Below are positions 1-12,946 of a DNA stretch of 64,000 nucleotides, in pieces (positions within the stretch are counted from its first letter, which is position 1; every line of letters starts with the position of its first letter). Below the pieces are notes generated by a model. That model saw nothing but the letters and a program-made list of their open reading frames with translations, searched no databases and had not been told where the DNA came from. Source of the stretch: Eledone cirrhosa. Lineage: Eukaryota. Position numbers and translations under genes: made by a program. The stretch is from positions 397,358,001-397,422,000 of the forward strand of contig OZ024740.1 of the NCBI GenBank assembly GCA_964016885.1, given 5' to 3'.

Positions 1-1985
1 AATTCAGTATGGCTTCATAGTGCACACTGTGACAATAACCACTATGCACAAGACAACTTGTGTCTCTCAGCAATTTGATTTGAAGTTTTTGTGATTATTT
101 ATGTATCAGCCTATATTTTGCATCACATCTTTGAATAAGGGTAATAATCTAAAGAAGTATGTGACTGTATCTGTGAATCAGAAACTAGAACTTATAATAA
201 GGTAGTTAGAGACTGGTACTTCAGTGGTGAGAGTTTGGGAAGTATGTGATGCTAAAAAGAAATAATTTTAGAAATACATAAAGCTGCATTTTCATTAAAA
301 TATAAAGTGATGCAAATTCTAAAACCATAATCTGTTGTTGCAAGGAAGTGCATGGAAGTCGCAAATGGCACAAATCATAAGAAAGTAGTTTATCCATCAA
401 TAATCCTGTGGCAACAAAGTCCAGGGGGTAAAAATTCTAAGTGCTTCTTCCAAACTAGTTAGGTAGATGGTCATCAAGGATTTTGAAGCCTGTGATGCAT
501 GACTATGGCAATTAAAAAATTGCCATGGAATGAATAATGAAACGATCCATGGTGTAACAGGTAGTGCACAAACTGATGAAGTTGAACTATTTAGGAAGGG
601 GTTCAAGGATTTTATGTGTGAAGGACCTCTAATTTCACAAGTATATAATGGGAATGAAACTAGATTGTATTAGTGGTTACTACACCAGAATACTGAAGCT
701 GTTAAGAATGAAGTTTCCATACCTGGTCATAAATGAAGTAAAGAACAATTTTAGCATTGTTTTGAGTGAATGCAGATAGCATGCACATTTTGAAGTTAGT
801 TTTGGTGTAGAAACCAACATATTCATAAATTTTGAAAGACAGGGCATCATTTACAAATTCATTATTACCATTCCAACAAATCATACTTTGATATGGACAT
901 TTTTAATTATTGATTTTTCGTATATTTCATTCCTGCAGTATATAAATTTGGGGAAGATTTCCCTAAGCTTTCTGCTAAAGAGTTGAAAACACTACTAATT
1001 TTGGATATCACACTTGTCAGTAATGATAGTAAAAATTATGCATGTTGTGCCACCGCGTGTTACCTCCATGATCCAAAATAGACTAAGATGTAATTGTAGC
1101 CAGCAATGAAGATATTTGGATGAAGTTCTTATGATACCAGAAGAGGCCAATATAAAGGAAGTCAATCAATTGACAAAGAACTCTCAATAATATCAATAAC
1201 TACAACCCCAAGACAGTGATATTCAATTCAATAGCACTTTAGTTAATGCTGTGAAAAAAAACTCTGTACAATGCAGAGGTAGGCTATTATTTTGAAAGAT
1301 TTTCATTCACAGATGTCACAGAAAACAACATCAGAACCTAACTAGAACACACTGAGGTGATCTTGAATTAGAGATAGTGAGGATGGCAAAAATGTTATAC
1401 AAGCATCTCTGATAATACTGTTTTGTACATCGAATTATCAGCAGAAATTGATATTCGACAATATTACCAACATATTTGAGCCTTAATGAAACTCATTATC
1501 TGAAAACAACATCAGCAAAGCAAAAACCGAAACTTGACGTTTTCTTCAAGCCAATTTGTTACAATCCTGCTGCAGCTGTTAAACCTGCTGATGATATTTA
1601 TGACCCACCTGCTCTGGGCTCAGTCCCTCCTCAATCACCTCAGACTTTTATGAGTAGGAGGAAAATTTAAACCCTCCTCCTCAACATCAAGCTCATCTGT
1701 CATCTACCTCTGGTAAATGAAATTATGGTACAAACTTTTTAATTTGTGCACACTGTAATGTTGAATAATTTTATGATGTATATATTTATATTTTAAATAG
1801 CTCTATGAATGTTTACAGTATTTTATATAATTTTATTACTGTTTATCATGTGAGTATAACATGTAACTATTTCCAATATCATGTATGTATACAATATTAA
1901 CTGGTAACATTAGCTAATTTGGACAATCAACTAAAATGGATTCCTTTCCATCCCCATAAGCATATTTTAATGGGAGTTTACTGTA
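1..1985 (+). mobile_element. Highly decayed pogo/Tigger-like (CENP-B HTH + DDE_1) DNA transposon, right part
   Basis: Broken frames resemble the 'F.ASDGWL..FK.RHG...IHG' region (about 480-555) and the 'QVYN.DETGL' region (CAAGTATATAATGGGAATGAAACTAGATTG, about 638-667). The right end GGGAGTTTACTG|TA (1972-1985) is the reverse complement of a Tigger-like CAGTAAACTCCC terminus, followed by TA. Confidence 0.6.
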
Positions 1986-2769
1986 CATACATATATATTG
2001 TTTTCCTATTTTTATATTTCAGAATATCTATATAATCCAAGTCTATTAAGAGAACATTGTATCCTCAGGTTGCTTTAACAATTTATGGATCAATGCAAAG
2101 GTCCCTTGCATGTCTTCTTGAAAAATATATCTAATGAATTTTGAAATATAAAATATGTTATATTATAATGGACATATTAGCTGAAATAAATATTTTAGTG
2201 CTTTCAGCTGCTTCAATTTGGAATCAAAATATCAAATTCTTCATGGCTAACTGAACTTCCCGTTCTCCATAATAACTTTTCAAATTACTAGAGATAAGTT
2301 TATGTCCTTTCAATAATAACATTTAACAATGTTGTAGAAAAAAAAAACACTAACTACTCAACTTTATTCCAGCTCTCTTCTCCTTCACTTCCACACACCC
2401 CAAATGATACAGATAATGGCAGATTTAACTATAACTCCCTATTACTAATCCTAAATACTGTATACAAGCTATTTGTAGAGTCGTTAAATAGTTGTATAGT
2501 CTGCTAGAAATAGCAGAAATTTTTTTTTAAATTACGATCAGCTTGAAAAGAGAGAAATAGTCACAACCAGAATAAATTTAATCATACATCTACTTGACTA
2601 GGCCTGGACTAGGAGTAAACAATAATATATGTACATGAGAAATATCAAAACAACTCATTTAGCATCTATTTTTTTTTTTTTTTTTTTTCATTAATGATGT
2701 TCTTCTCTGCTTCCTGAAAGTGATGATGCATTGGTATTCAACAATAACTCAGTATAAAGGTTACTCTTC

Positions 2770-3100
2770 TCCAGAATAAAAATTGGAGCCCCTTCCACAG
2801 CTTCACGGGCCTAGTTGTATGTGTTGTGTTGAACATCTGTCAATTCTAACGATGAGGGTTCCAGTTATTTGATCACAGAACAGCCTCCTCATCAAATTAA
2901 GTGGTTGAGAATCTCATAGACATGTGTAATGTAATTCTCAAAGAGATTCAGCATGGCACAGTGTATCACAAAGCTAACCTTTTGAATTACATGTACAACT
3001 CATTTTTTCGAGATGAGTAAAATGGAATAAGGTGTTTTGCTCAAGGACACAATGTACCAGAAGGAACCAAACTCATGATCATGAACCAAACACTGTAACC
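2770..3100 (-). mobile_element. Decayed tRNA-derived SINE
   Basis: GTGTTTTGCTCAAGGACACAATG core and the A/B-box region are reverse complements of motifs in other SINE copies here (5505-5735, 18430-18560, 36990-37150). Confidence 0.55.
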
Positions 3101-3186
3101 AGTGTTTGGTTACAGTGTTTGGTTACAGTGTTTGGTTACATGTGTTTGGTTACAGTGTTTGGTTACAGTGTTTGGTTACATGTGTT
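3084..3186. repeat. 13-15 bp minisatellite (CAGTGTTTGGTTA)n preceded by one inverted unit
   Basis: About 6 direct units from 3100. AACCAAACACTGTAACC at 3084-3100 is the inverted unit. Confidence 0.9.
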
Positions 3187-4349
3187 TTCTCATAGATTTG
3201 GTTATTTACTTCAAGAACAGCAGTTTTTTTATTTTTTTACCGTGGTTCAGTCTCAAATGTTATTTGTATTTATTTGATTCACTGACATTATTAATGTTCT
3301 TTGGAAAAGCACGAAGTCATAAATATCTTTTTCCTTGAAATCAATTATACAAAACATCTATTGATGGATAACACTGATTAAAAATAATTGAATACAAAGA
3401 AAACATTTGCTTTTTTACTGGATCTTTTAGTCTGAGAGAAATAAGCTCTTTATCAGCTTTTTGTTTTATATATATAGCAGTAAAGTCTTTATTTATTATT
3501 TATTTAGTTTTAAACTCTTTTACATTTTCCCAATGAAAACTTATATTAGAACTGTCCTTCTCCATATTGCAGATCTATTTCCATCTATTGGTCAAATTTT
3601 ACTACTATATAATATTTTGATTCAAATGTATGCAATATTTGCAATATGGCTATGATATGGTCTCATATATATAGAACAGCAAGTTGAAAAATCTTGATCA
3701 ACAGAGATTCTCAAAACAATTTGTCTATAAAAACTCCCTCAAATCAGTGTTCACAGTCTAAAAACAACAAGCAAGAAGAATAACTCTAACATAATGTCTA
3801 GAAATTTTGACCAACTGATATTATTGGAATTATTTCTATTGCTTGTTTTTTATATTTGAAACACTTCTAGAGGGTATTTTTGTCTAAGTGCTTGGGTACT
3901 TTCAGCTTATTGAAGATTTTTAACTCGCTATATTACATAAGTGTATCCCTACAGGGTATGTAATTATTAGTCTTCTCTTTGCACAAACAAAGTCATTGTC
4001 AGTATGCACTATTTTTTTGACCAACAGAATTACATATTATTTGAATTACATACAAACTTAAGCTAAATACTATTTCATTTTTCATACATTATAGGCTGAA
4101 GGCGATATATTTTTCCAATGATTAATACATTAAGTGCCAGAACCATTCAAAACAGCTTCAGAGGCAAGTTGTAATGTTGATTAATTATCAAGGTATCTGA
4201 ATTTCTGTCTATTTCCCATTTTCTGCACTGTTTATAAACAAAGTATATCATTTAAACATATATTTTAAAATGTGATATGTATGCTTGCTTTATTATGCTT
4301 AACACAACTTGTTTCAGTGATAACTGAATACCACAATCTTATAGATAAT

Positions 4350-4534
4350 TGTTTCTACTTTTGGCACAAGGCCAGTAATTACCCAGTGCATTACTGGTAC
4401 TTTATTTTATCGACCCCGTAAGGATGAAAGGCAAAGTTAACCTCGGCGGGATTTGAACTCAGACCATAGAGGGACGTAACTATGCTGGAAAGCATGGCGT
4501 CTGACTCTCTACCGATACTGCCAATCCACCGCCC
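4350..4534 (-). mobile_element. Full-length young tRNA-derived SINE with 13-bp TSD
   Basis: The minus strand starts GGGCGGTGGATTGGCAGTATCGGTAGAG, has B-box GAGTTCAAATCCC and central CTTTCATCCTTACGGGGTCGATAAAATAAAGTACCAG. TSD TCTTATAGATAAT at 4337-4349 and 4537-4549. Confidence 0.85.
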
Positions 4535-4682
4535 TTTCTTATAGATAATGACTGGTAATAGTCTTTAGAAAAAAGAAAAGCCACAAAATCTCATCTTTTC
4601 TCTCAAAGTCAATTAAATTAAAAACACATTGATATATACCTATTAGTTAAAGAACCACAATAAATAAAATTTCTCTATATAT

Positions 4683-4860
4683 TATCATCATCATCATCAT
4701 CACTGTTTTACATCCATTCTTTCATGCTAGCATGGGTTAGACAGATTGTCCTGTTGTGGGCAATGCCAAGTCAGGTGACCATGTCTTGCTCATACAGAAC
4801 TGATTTTGGCTTTATTTCTACAGCTGGATGCCCTTCCTAACACCAACTTCATTTACAGTG
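4683..4860 (-). mobile_element. 3' end of an RTE-tailed retroposon ((GAT)n tail)
   Basis: (CAT)n followed by CATGCTAGCATGGGTTAGAC and GGATGCCCTTCCTAACACC, shared with the RTE 3'UTRs and with 18233-18410, 51617-51915 and 57003-57230. Confidence 0.65.
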
Positions 4861-5504
4861 AATATTTATCTAATAATGTTGGACTGTGAAAATGTAATTA
4901 TTACATCACAGCATTCTCAAATATTTTTACTCTCAACTTCTTGGTTTTTTTCCACCCATCAAATGTTTTCAACAATTCTATTGTCATTCACTTTTGATAT
5001 CCATTGAAGGATCTCTAGAATTACAAGCAGATCTAGTGTATAAAACCTTAACTAAAGCAGGCCTACTAAATATATATAAATCCTATACTGGCACTAAATC
5101 TAACACCAACTATGTTCTCAGTAAAGTTTAAATATCTGTGTATTGCAATTTATGCAATTTTTGTCTTACTTATATGCATCATTGGTCAGTGATCAACTAC
5201 ATATTATTTATTTTGACAGATGTATTAAGTGTATGCTAGAATTTTGTGCTATGGCATGTATTCATAATGAAAGTCATGTGATTTATTATTTTGATGCAAA
5301 TTACAGACCATATAATTCCTATTATGTGACTTGGAGCTAGTCAAGTTGGTTAGATGCTGGCTATATTCCAACACCAATACTATACTGTCTCCCTAGAAAA
5401 GATACATAATTCTCAATTATTTTGATACATATTACAAACTATATAATTCTTATAGTGTGACTTAGAACTGGTCAAGTTATTTAGATGTTGGCTATATTCC
5501 ATAG

Positions 5505-5735
5505 TGGAGGCATGTGGCCTAGTAGTAAGGTTGCTCGACTTATGATCATAATGTGTGGGTTCAATTCTTGGCCTAGATTGCATGTTATGTTCTTGAGCCA
5601 AACACTTCATTTCATATTGTTCTAGTATACTCAGCTGAAAATGAGTATCAACCCTATGATGTGCTCTCAGTTGCTTCACACCACAGAAACTAGGATAACA
5701 CCAGCCTGATGAGCCTCCAGCCTAGAGGCAAACTT
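5505..5735 (+). mobile_element. tRNA-derived SINE
   Basis: GGAGGCATGTGGCCTAGTAGTAAG A-box, GGGTTCAATTCTTGG B-box, TTCTTGAGCCAAACACTTCATTTC core. Confidence 0.65.
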
Positions 5736-6146
5736 TAGAAATATATTCCATAGTTACCCCCTTAAATATATATGTAATTCTCAAAAACCTTATACTAAAC
5801 AATTAAAGTATCAGTTTATCTAGCCAATTAACAAGTATCACAAGGACAACGCCCTAATTTAAATGATTAGAATATAATTGAGTATTGTTTCATTAGTTTG
5901 TCATATTGAATTCAACTATCATTGTGAAAAAAGTTTGATATTCCTAGCCAAAAGGAACGATATCAGGCTGCAACAAAATATTTTAACTTTATTTTTAGTT
6001 AGCCATTTTGTTACCATATTTCTAACAAAATATACTGCCATTGTTTCATTTAATTTTGAAAATATGGAAGAATTTGGAGTACTTTAGTAAAATAACTTTC
6101 TCATTAAGTTGGTGTTTGAAACGTTACTTATCAAAGATTATTATCA

Positions 6147-6245
6147 AGGTTAACTTTACCTTTCATCCTTACGGGGTCGATAAAATAAAGTACCAGTAAT
6201 ACACTGGGTAATTGCTGGCCTTGTGCCAAAAGTAGAAACAATTAT
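6147..6245 (+). mobile_element. 5'-truncated copy of the 4350-4534 SINE family
   Basis: Near-identical to the 3' half of that SINE, ending GTAGAAACAATTAT. Confidence 0.8.
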
Positions 6246-6384
6246 ATAAAATTATGATGAAAGGTTTTAATATAAGTATGAACACTTTAAAACAGGTGAT
6301 TTAATGTGGTTTGGTATCGAAAAGGTCAAAGACAAAATTTTCCAGTTACCCCTATTAATTCTCAAGTAGTTAAAATCAAGATTA

Positions 6385-6775
6385 TTAAAGTGTTATGTAT
6401 GATCCACTGTACTACACGGAGCTGAAACATGGACATTGACTAAAGTATTATCAAATAGATTTGAGATGTAGGCCTATATACAAGATTTTTGAGAATATCA
6501 TAGACAGAACACAAAAACAATAATGAAGTTCTAAAAATTACAAAAAACAAAAAACAATTTAGTACACTCTATCAAAAAGAGAAAATTAGAAAAAAAATGG
6601 TTTACAGAGAGTGTTAGTAGAGAAAGCAAAATCAATAGAGAGAGGGGAGAGGAAAAGAATTATGGATCGAGTGGACAGACTTAAAATATTACAAATATAT
6701 AAAAACCACCAAAGAAAGATTGAGATGGCATTCCATGGTGTTTAGCCTGCTGAGAGAAGATTATACCTGATGATG
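6385..6775 (+). mobile_element. Decayed RTE LINE 3' fragment
   Basis: 'LLHGAETWTLTK...FEM...LRIS.TEH' type C-terminal RT motifs and a TGATGATGA end. Confidence 0.55.
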
Positions 6776-6879
6776 ACACGATGAAAGTGAATGACCAGAA
6801 AATTCAGCGGCATAAATTCAACAATCCTTCATCGGTTAAGACACTTAGCTCATTTGCAATCATTATCTAATGAAATACA

Positions 6880-6977
6880 ACCGAGGTTGACTTTTCCTTT
6901 CATCCTTGCGAGGTCGATAAAATAAAGTACCAGTAATGCACTGGGTGATTGCTGGCCTTGTGCCTAAAGTAGAAACA
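6880..6977 (+). mobile_element. 5'-truncated SINE with 18-bp TSD
   Basis: Same family as 4350-4534. TSD ATTATCTAATGAAATACA at 6862-6879 and 6978-6995. Confidence 0.85.
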
Positions 6978-7889
6978 ATTATCTAATGAAATACACTCTT
7001 ATTTCAATTAATAAATTAGGAACTTTGAGTGATTTACTAAAATTATTAATTACTTTATTATTCAATAAGTGGTTCATATATGAAATTATGTTGGATGATT
7101 ATAATTTAAATACTTTAAAATTGGTGGTTTTGTTTCATAGAACTAGAGATGGTTTTGGCTGGGTTATATCAAAATGGTTAATTCTATTCACCTTTATTGA
7201 ATAAAACACTTAATTCTACTTACCCAAAGTAAAATAGCTATAGAAGATATCATTTTACATTTTTATGTATATCATTCATACTATCATTAGTTGAAGTTAA
7301 GGTTTGCAAATATATATATATTTGTATAAAGTTTTTTGTGTCATTGTTATTGAGTAGCCTTTATCAGCTCTGAATGAGCTGACCAATGGTACATAAATAA
7401 CTGATTAAACAAAGTATTCAATCATCATTTCTATCCAATATATTTTGTTTATATTGTAGGTGAATGGCACAGGCATGACTATGATTAAAAGAAGTTCAAT
7501 GTGAAGCCACATAGTTCCAGGTTTGATTCCACTATATGGTACTTAAAACAAGTAGGCAAGTGTCTTCTACCATAGCCTTGGGTTAACCCAATGATTTGTG
7601 AGCAAAACTTGATACATGAAATCAATGCAAAATATTTTCATATTTGTGTATCAGGGAAAGTTATACACATCAATAACAAAAAATTTCCAACAAACTGGTG
7701 CATCAAACAAAAATATGTAGTGATATTTATTCTGGCTAGGCTGGTCAGACAATTCCTTGTCACTCTTTCCATCAGGTATGTTGTAAACCAGTAAATGGCT
7801 CTTAGGAAACATAACAATACTATTGTTTGAAAATTGCATAATGAATGCTGACTGAGCATTTAAGATATTGGACATTCATTAAGGTCTGG

Positions 7890-9095
7890 CAAAAAGATAC
7901 AGAGAGATTGTCGAGTCCAAGCTACAGTGCAGTTTTTTCCTGGATGCAGCACAGCTCACCAAATATTCACAATGTGGCAGGTCTTCAAGAAAGCGTGGGA
8001 GTATTGCCAAGAGGTACATTTTTGTTTTGTAGACCTCGCAAAGGCATATGACCACATTCCTTGGGACCTGCTGTGGAATGTTCTGCAGGAGTATAGGATT
8101 GATGGTCAGCTTCTTGCTACCCAGATGTCTCTATGCGAATGCCTGGGTATTTCTGTTCGGATAAATGGTGCTAAATCAAAACCATTCAATGCGGAAGTTG
8201 GACTCCGCCAACGGCATGTACTGTCACCTCTCCTGTTCATTATTTACATGAACAGGATTGACATGCGCTGCTGGATTGGAAGCGGTATCATGACTGGCAG
8301 ATGTAAAATCAGGTGGCTGGAATTTGCAGATGACATGGTATTACTTCAATTGACAGAAGGTGATCTCTCACTTGCACTCAATCGGTTTGATGCTGAGCAC
8401 TACATGGCTGGAATGAAAATAAGTGCTGCAAAACTGAGATGCTCTTCCTCTAAAAGAAGCCTGTGCAATAAAATTCTACATGTGAATGGAGTTCCACTGA
8501 AGCAGTATCTCGGGGTCATGTTCATGAGTGATGGAATGAAGGAGGCTGAATTAAGTGCAAGAATTGCAGGAGCTGGTGCAGTAATGTGCCAGCTTCAGCA
8601 TTCAGTAATCAGAAGTAAGGTAGGTATAAAAGCCAAACTCACTATCTTAAATTTGGTATTTGTGCCAACCCTTATCTATGGTCATGAATCTTGGGTAATA
8701 ACCGACAGCATTTGATTGTGAATACAAGTGGCTGAAATGAGTTTCTTCTGAAGGGTCTTTGGAATAACGTTACTCGGTAGAGAGCATAGCTCAGAGATCA
8801 GAGAGTTACTCCAGGTAGAGCCGCTACTTCTCTGAATTGAGAGATCACAGCTTTGGTACTATGGGCATGTGGTTAGAATGTCTCAGAAAATAATTGCTGG
8901 AGAGATTTTATGAGCAAAACCAACTGGCAGGAGACCCAGGGGTAGACCCAGAGAAAGATGGTTGGATAACATCCATGAGCTTAGTCTTGGAGATCCAGCC
9001 GGATCAGTTGGAGACTGTTACTTCTGACAGAACCTGCAGGAAGGAGTGTTTGAGGACTCTGCCCCTACGACCCTCTCAAGAGGAAGAAGAAGAGA
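7890..9095 (+). mobile_element. 5'-truncated RTE-clade LINE (RT pseudogene)
   Basis: ORF 7927-8715 has FVDLAKAYD, GLRQ..VLSPLLF, FADD and TLIYGHESW. Downstream W.GHV.RM and GRPR..W motifs; (GAA)n tail at about 9083-9093. Confidence 0.85.
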
Positions 9096-9309
9096 CCTTC
9101 GTTAAGGCATTTGTTTTCAGTGTTTTTGGCTACTACATTAAGCAGAGCAAGTGACTACATAGAAGTCCTATTACTGATTTTGTTGTTGCTACTTCTGAGG
9201 TATAATCAGTTCTCTTGGAGCAGATCTATGGTATGATGCCAAGTGATGAAATACTCAGAACATTAAAATTGATATATCAGGTACAGTCTACATTAAACAT
9301 TGTGGACAT

Positions 9310-9690
9310 AGGCACGGCTGTGTGATAAAAAAAGTCTGCTTTATAATGTTGATGTCCCATGTTCAATTCCATTGTGTGGCATCTTGAGCAAGTGTCTTTT
9401 ATCATAGCCTTAGATTGATGTAAGCCTTGTGAGTAGAATTACATAGGTGGAAACTGTATGCAAACCCATCAGATGGCCATATGCAAACCCATCAGATGGC
9501 CATATGCAAATCCATCAGATGAACATATGCAAAGCCATCAGATGATCTGTACTTGTAATTCAAAGGTCTAAATTTGTTCCATACAATGTTACATTGATTC
9601 TGCCAGAGAATTATGTTAAAGCTAAAACATATTTGTGGAATACTTAACCACTTAGACATTAATGTAATAAGTATGATGCAGTTGGGCAGT
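9310..9690 (+). mobile_element. Decayed SINE containing a 23-bp tandem repeat (x4, 9457-9545)
   Basis: GGCACGGCTGTGTG...GTTCAATTCC...ATCTTGAGCAAGTGTCTT head; TATGCAAACCCATCAGATGGCCA repeats. Confidence 0.6.
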
Positions 9691-9739
9691 TTTCAACAAG
9701 AACAAGAAAGTACTAACATTAAAACGAGTTTCCTATCAT

Positions 9740-10200
9740 TTGAAGGCTAAGATCTTTGATACTTACATCCTATCAGTTGTGTTATATGGTCTTGACTGTG
9801 TTAATTGGAAGACAAGGTCACTTCAGAAGCTCTTTACATTCCAGAACCACATCATGAGACTTATGACTGTCAATCGGCTCAGTGACCGTATCAGTGAGCT
9901 ACTCAACATTACCAAACTTAGACCAATTACATCAATTGTCAAGTCAAGAGTACTCAAACTATATGGTCATATAAAAAAAACAACTCGTGGTGTGAGTAGG
10001 TTATGCCTGGAAGGAAAGTTGGCTGGTGAGAGAAGCAGAGGCTGACAGCCAAAATGATGGCTTGATAATGTCAACTTATGAACTGGACTTGATCTTTGCT
10101 CTTTAAATTCTGCTCCTGGTGATCGAACTTTGTGGAGAAAAATATGTCGTGTTGATGCACAGTCTGCAACTGGCAGAGTTTAGCATCTCAAGAGATGATG
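9740..10200 (+). mobile_element. RTE LINE 3' fragment
   Basis: ORF 9740-10045: 'SVVLYGLDC..W...LKLYGHI...LEGKLAG.RSRG'; ends GATGATG. Confidence 0.7.
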
Positions 10201-11485
10201 CTCAGCTCATTGAATAACTGAATTGTCATCATTGAAACTGCCAGAGGATTCATCACATTTAACACTTTACTCAAGGAATGATGATTATAATGAAGAGGAA
10301 ACAAAGAGGAGTGAAGATGACATGTTTTACTTTCAGACAGTTATCAGCTCCCAAATCACAAAATATTATCTCAACAAAATGGTAGATTTCTTTTCACAGA
10401 TCATTTGATGAAATGTGCGTGTTTGCATTTATAGGCAAGAATTTCAAGCAGTTGAGTATTATTTTCTGTTATTTTGTGCATTCATAAGAATTTTATGATC
10501 AGTGTGCATTGGTGCATTACTAATTTGTAAGATATTTTACATAGGTTTCTGAAAATATAAGGTTATCGATATTTTAAATCAATATTAGTCAACTGTGTTA
10601 AATTATTTCAAAAACATTTCTCTGAACTTTTGATCACAGACATAATAATGAGAACAAATTTTAAATCATATAAGACTAATAAAAATCAATCAATAAAAAT
10701 ATATCACCAATTATAATCCATTAACCAATATACAAATTTAATTTCATAATTATAATAATTTGGTTGTTTGAATTTATGTAAATTTTCATTTTCATACAAT
10801 GTTCAGTGTATTTTAATGTTATGTTTATATTTAAGCTGGAAACAAATTGTATTTTAAGTCGTCATGCATGAATGGTTAGTTAAGCAAATAATTTAGTGGT
10901 ATTCATAGGACTCCAACTTAGTCTATCTATTAGCAATTATGTCTAGTTGTTTTATGTGAAATTATATTTGATATTTACTTGTGTTCACCTGGGGCTGTCT
11001 ATTAGACATTATGGCTATCTCTGAATGCTAAATTATATTTGATATCCATAGGTATGCACTTGAAACCATTTATCAAAATATTTCTCATTATCAACATTGT
11101 ATCTAATGGGAAATAAGCAGAAACAGTAGCACACTTTGCTAAATGTTTTATGGTGCCATCAGTATTGTTCTTGAGTTCAGATTACACTTAATGTGGCTAA
11201 TTAAATTATTCTTAGGATCTTGAGAACTTGTGAGGATAATCTGAACCTGCAAAGAGTTCTCCCTTTGTCATAAAGGACTGCATCGGTGGAATCAACTTAT
11301 CCAAAGATATGGATATAGTACCTGTAGAATTTTGTTCAACCCTTGCTAGCAAGAAAAATTGACATAATAATGATGATGATGATGATGATGATATATATCA
11401 TCATCATCATCACGGTTTTACGTCCGTTCTTCCACGCTAGCATGGAAAATGAAGAATCAGTGTTGCATCGAAACACAATTTGTTA

Positions 11486-11578
11486 ACGTATTACAATTGC
11501 TTCTCCAGCGAACAGCTCGAGATCCGATCTATTTGTGGATCGAACCTGACTCTAGATTAATAAGTTCCTCAGATATGT
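11486..11578 (-). ncRNA. Degenerate type-I hammerhead, family J
   Basis: Minus strand: ACATAT-CTGAGGA-[long stem II]-GAAG-CAATTG-TA-ATACGT. Confidence 0.45.
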
Positions 11579-12150
11579 CTAGCGACTTTGAAGCAAATCC
11601 TCTGTCTGTTGGACTCCGACCGTTAGAATTTCTTTCATCTGCCATCATCCTGTTTGCGCAGCCTATCAATTGGTCAAGAGTTCAAGACGTCATCTGTATG
11701 TTTGACCATTCAAAACCGCCCACTGACCATTTCCATTCAGGTGTGAGCTGTCACTCACCTTAATTCTGTCGCCAGAATTACTGCTACATGGGCATAGGGG
11801 TCTGATTTGCCTTGCCTGTCTCTAGCTTGCCCATAGCCCGACAAACACACACCCACATGCACGTGTGCTCACACATAGACAGACATTATGAGCTCCTGAT
11901 CATACACTTACCTGTGTGGACATGCACACACACACACCCGCGCATACGCTCACACATGTGCACACGCACGTACACATGCATATATTTACACCCTCATATA
12001 TAGGTACATACATACACAGATATACGCACACACGTACACATACACGGACCCACAGATATACATATATATATATCTATATATACACACATATGTTGATTTA
12101 AAACTGCACTATCCACAAGTGTTTTTTAGCCTTCATATCATGTTCTCCTG

Positions 12151-12217
12151 TTTTATCTGATGAAAACACAAATATTATTGCATGATGATGTTTGTTTTTG
12201 AAATGCGCATAATAAAA
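12151..12217 (+). ncRNA. Type-I hammerhead ribozyme, family C
   Basis: TTTTAT-CTGATGA-AAACACAAATATTATTGCATGATGATGTTTGTTTTT-GAAA-TGCGCA-TA-ATAAAA. 6-bp stem I, long stem II, palindromic stem III, AUA site. Confidence 0.85.
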
Positions 12218-12365
12218 TACATGGAACTCCTTTAACCATCTTTTGATCTTATATTATACACACATATATACACATATATACACACCTATATATATACATA
12301 CACACATACATACACATACATATACCCACGCGTACATAGGCACACAACTAAGCCTACTCATATAT

Positions 12366-12461
<96 letters not shown>

Positions 12462-12690
12462 TTATATGCACCCATATGTATGCATGTACAGACACACGGA
12501 CATAGGCACATGCACATACACATATATAATTACAGACACTCACAAGTGGGCAGTTTTGAATAGTCAAACATACAGATGACGTCTCAAACTCTTGACCAAT
12601 CGATGGGCCGTGCAAACAGAATGATGGCAGATGAAAGAAATTCTAAGGGTCAGAGTTCAACAGACAGAGGATTTGCTTTGAAGTCGCTAG

Positions 12691-12770
12691 ACATATCCAA
12701 GGAATTTGCGAATCCAGAGTCAGGTAGATCGCACCTCGAGCTGTTCACCGGAGAAACAATTGTAATACAT
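12691..12770 (+). ncRNA. Degenerate type-I hammerhead, family J
   Basis: ACATAT-CCAAGGA-...-GAAA-CAATTG-TA-ATACAT. Its mutations are complementary to those of the 11486 copy. Confidence 0.4.
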
Positions 12771-12946
12771 TAATAAATTGTTTCGATGCATCACTGATTC
12801 TTTGTTTTCCATATTATTATACTCTGCTCCGAAAGAGCATAAAGTGCTCAACCGGCATACCACCTAGGGAAGCATCTAAGCAACCTTACCACAAATATAT
12901 ATATACATGAATGTGAGTATACATATATATATATATATATATATAT

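Larger units (their letters stand above)
11443..12812. mobile_element. Old head-to-head inverted pair (family J), each arm with a degenerate HHR
   Basis: 11443-11723 is the diverged reverse complement of 12546-12812. The interior holds microsatellites and a family-C copy. Confidence 0.8.

Noticed and set aside
5311-5500. Diverged local duplication of about 60-100 bp
   Set aside because: Ordinary old tandem duplication with no further structure.
5701-5736. CTGATGA-GCCTC...GAGGC-AAAC hammerhead-like string
   Set aside because: No GAAA box and no closing stem I; it lies in a SINE 3' region.
3100-9545. Short repeat arrays (3100-3186, 9457-9545) as possible CRISPR
   Set aside because: No unique spacers and no cas genes; eukaryotic minisatellites.
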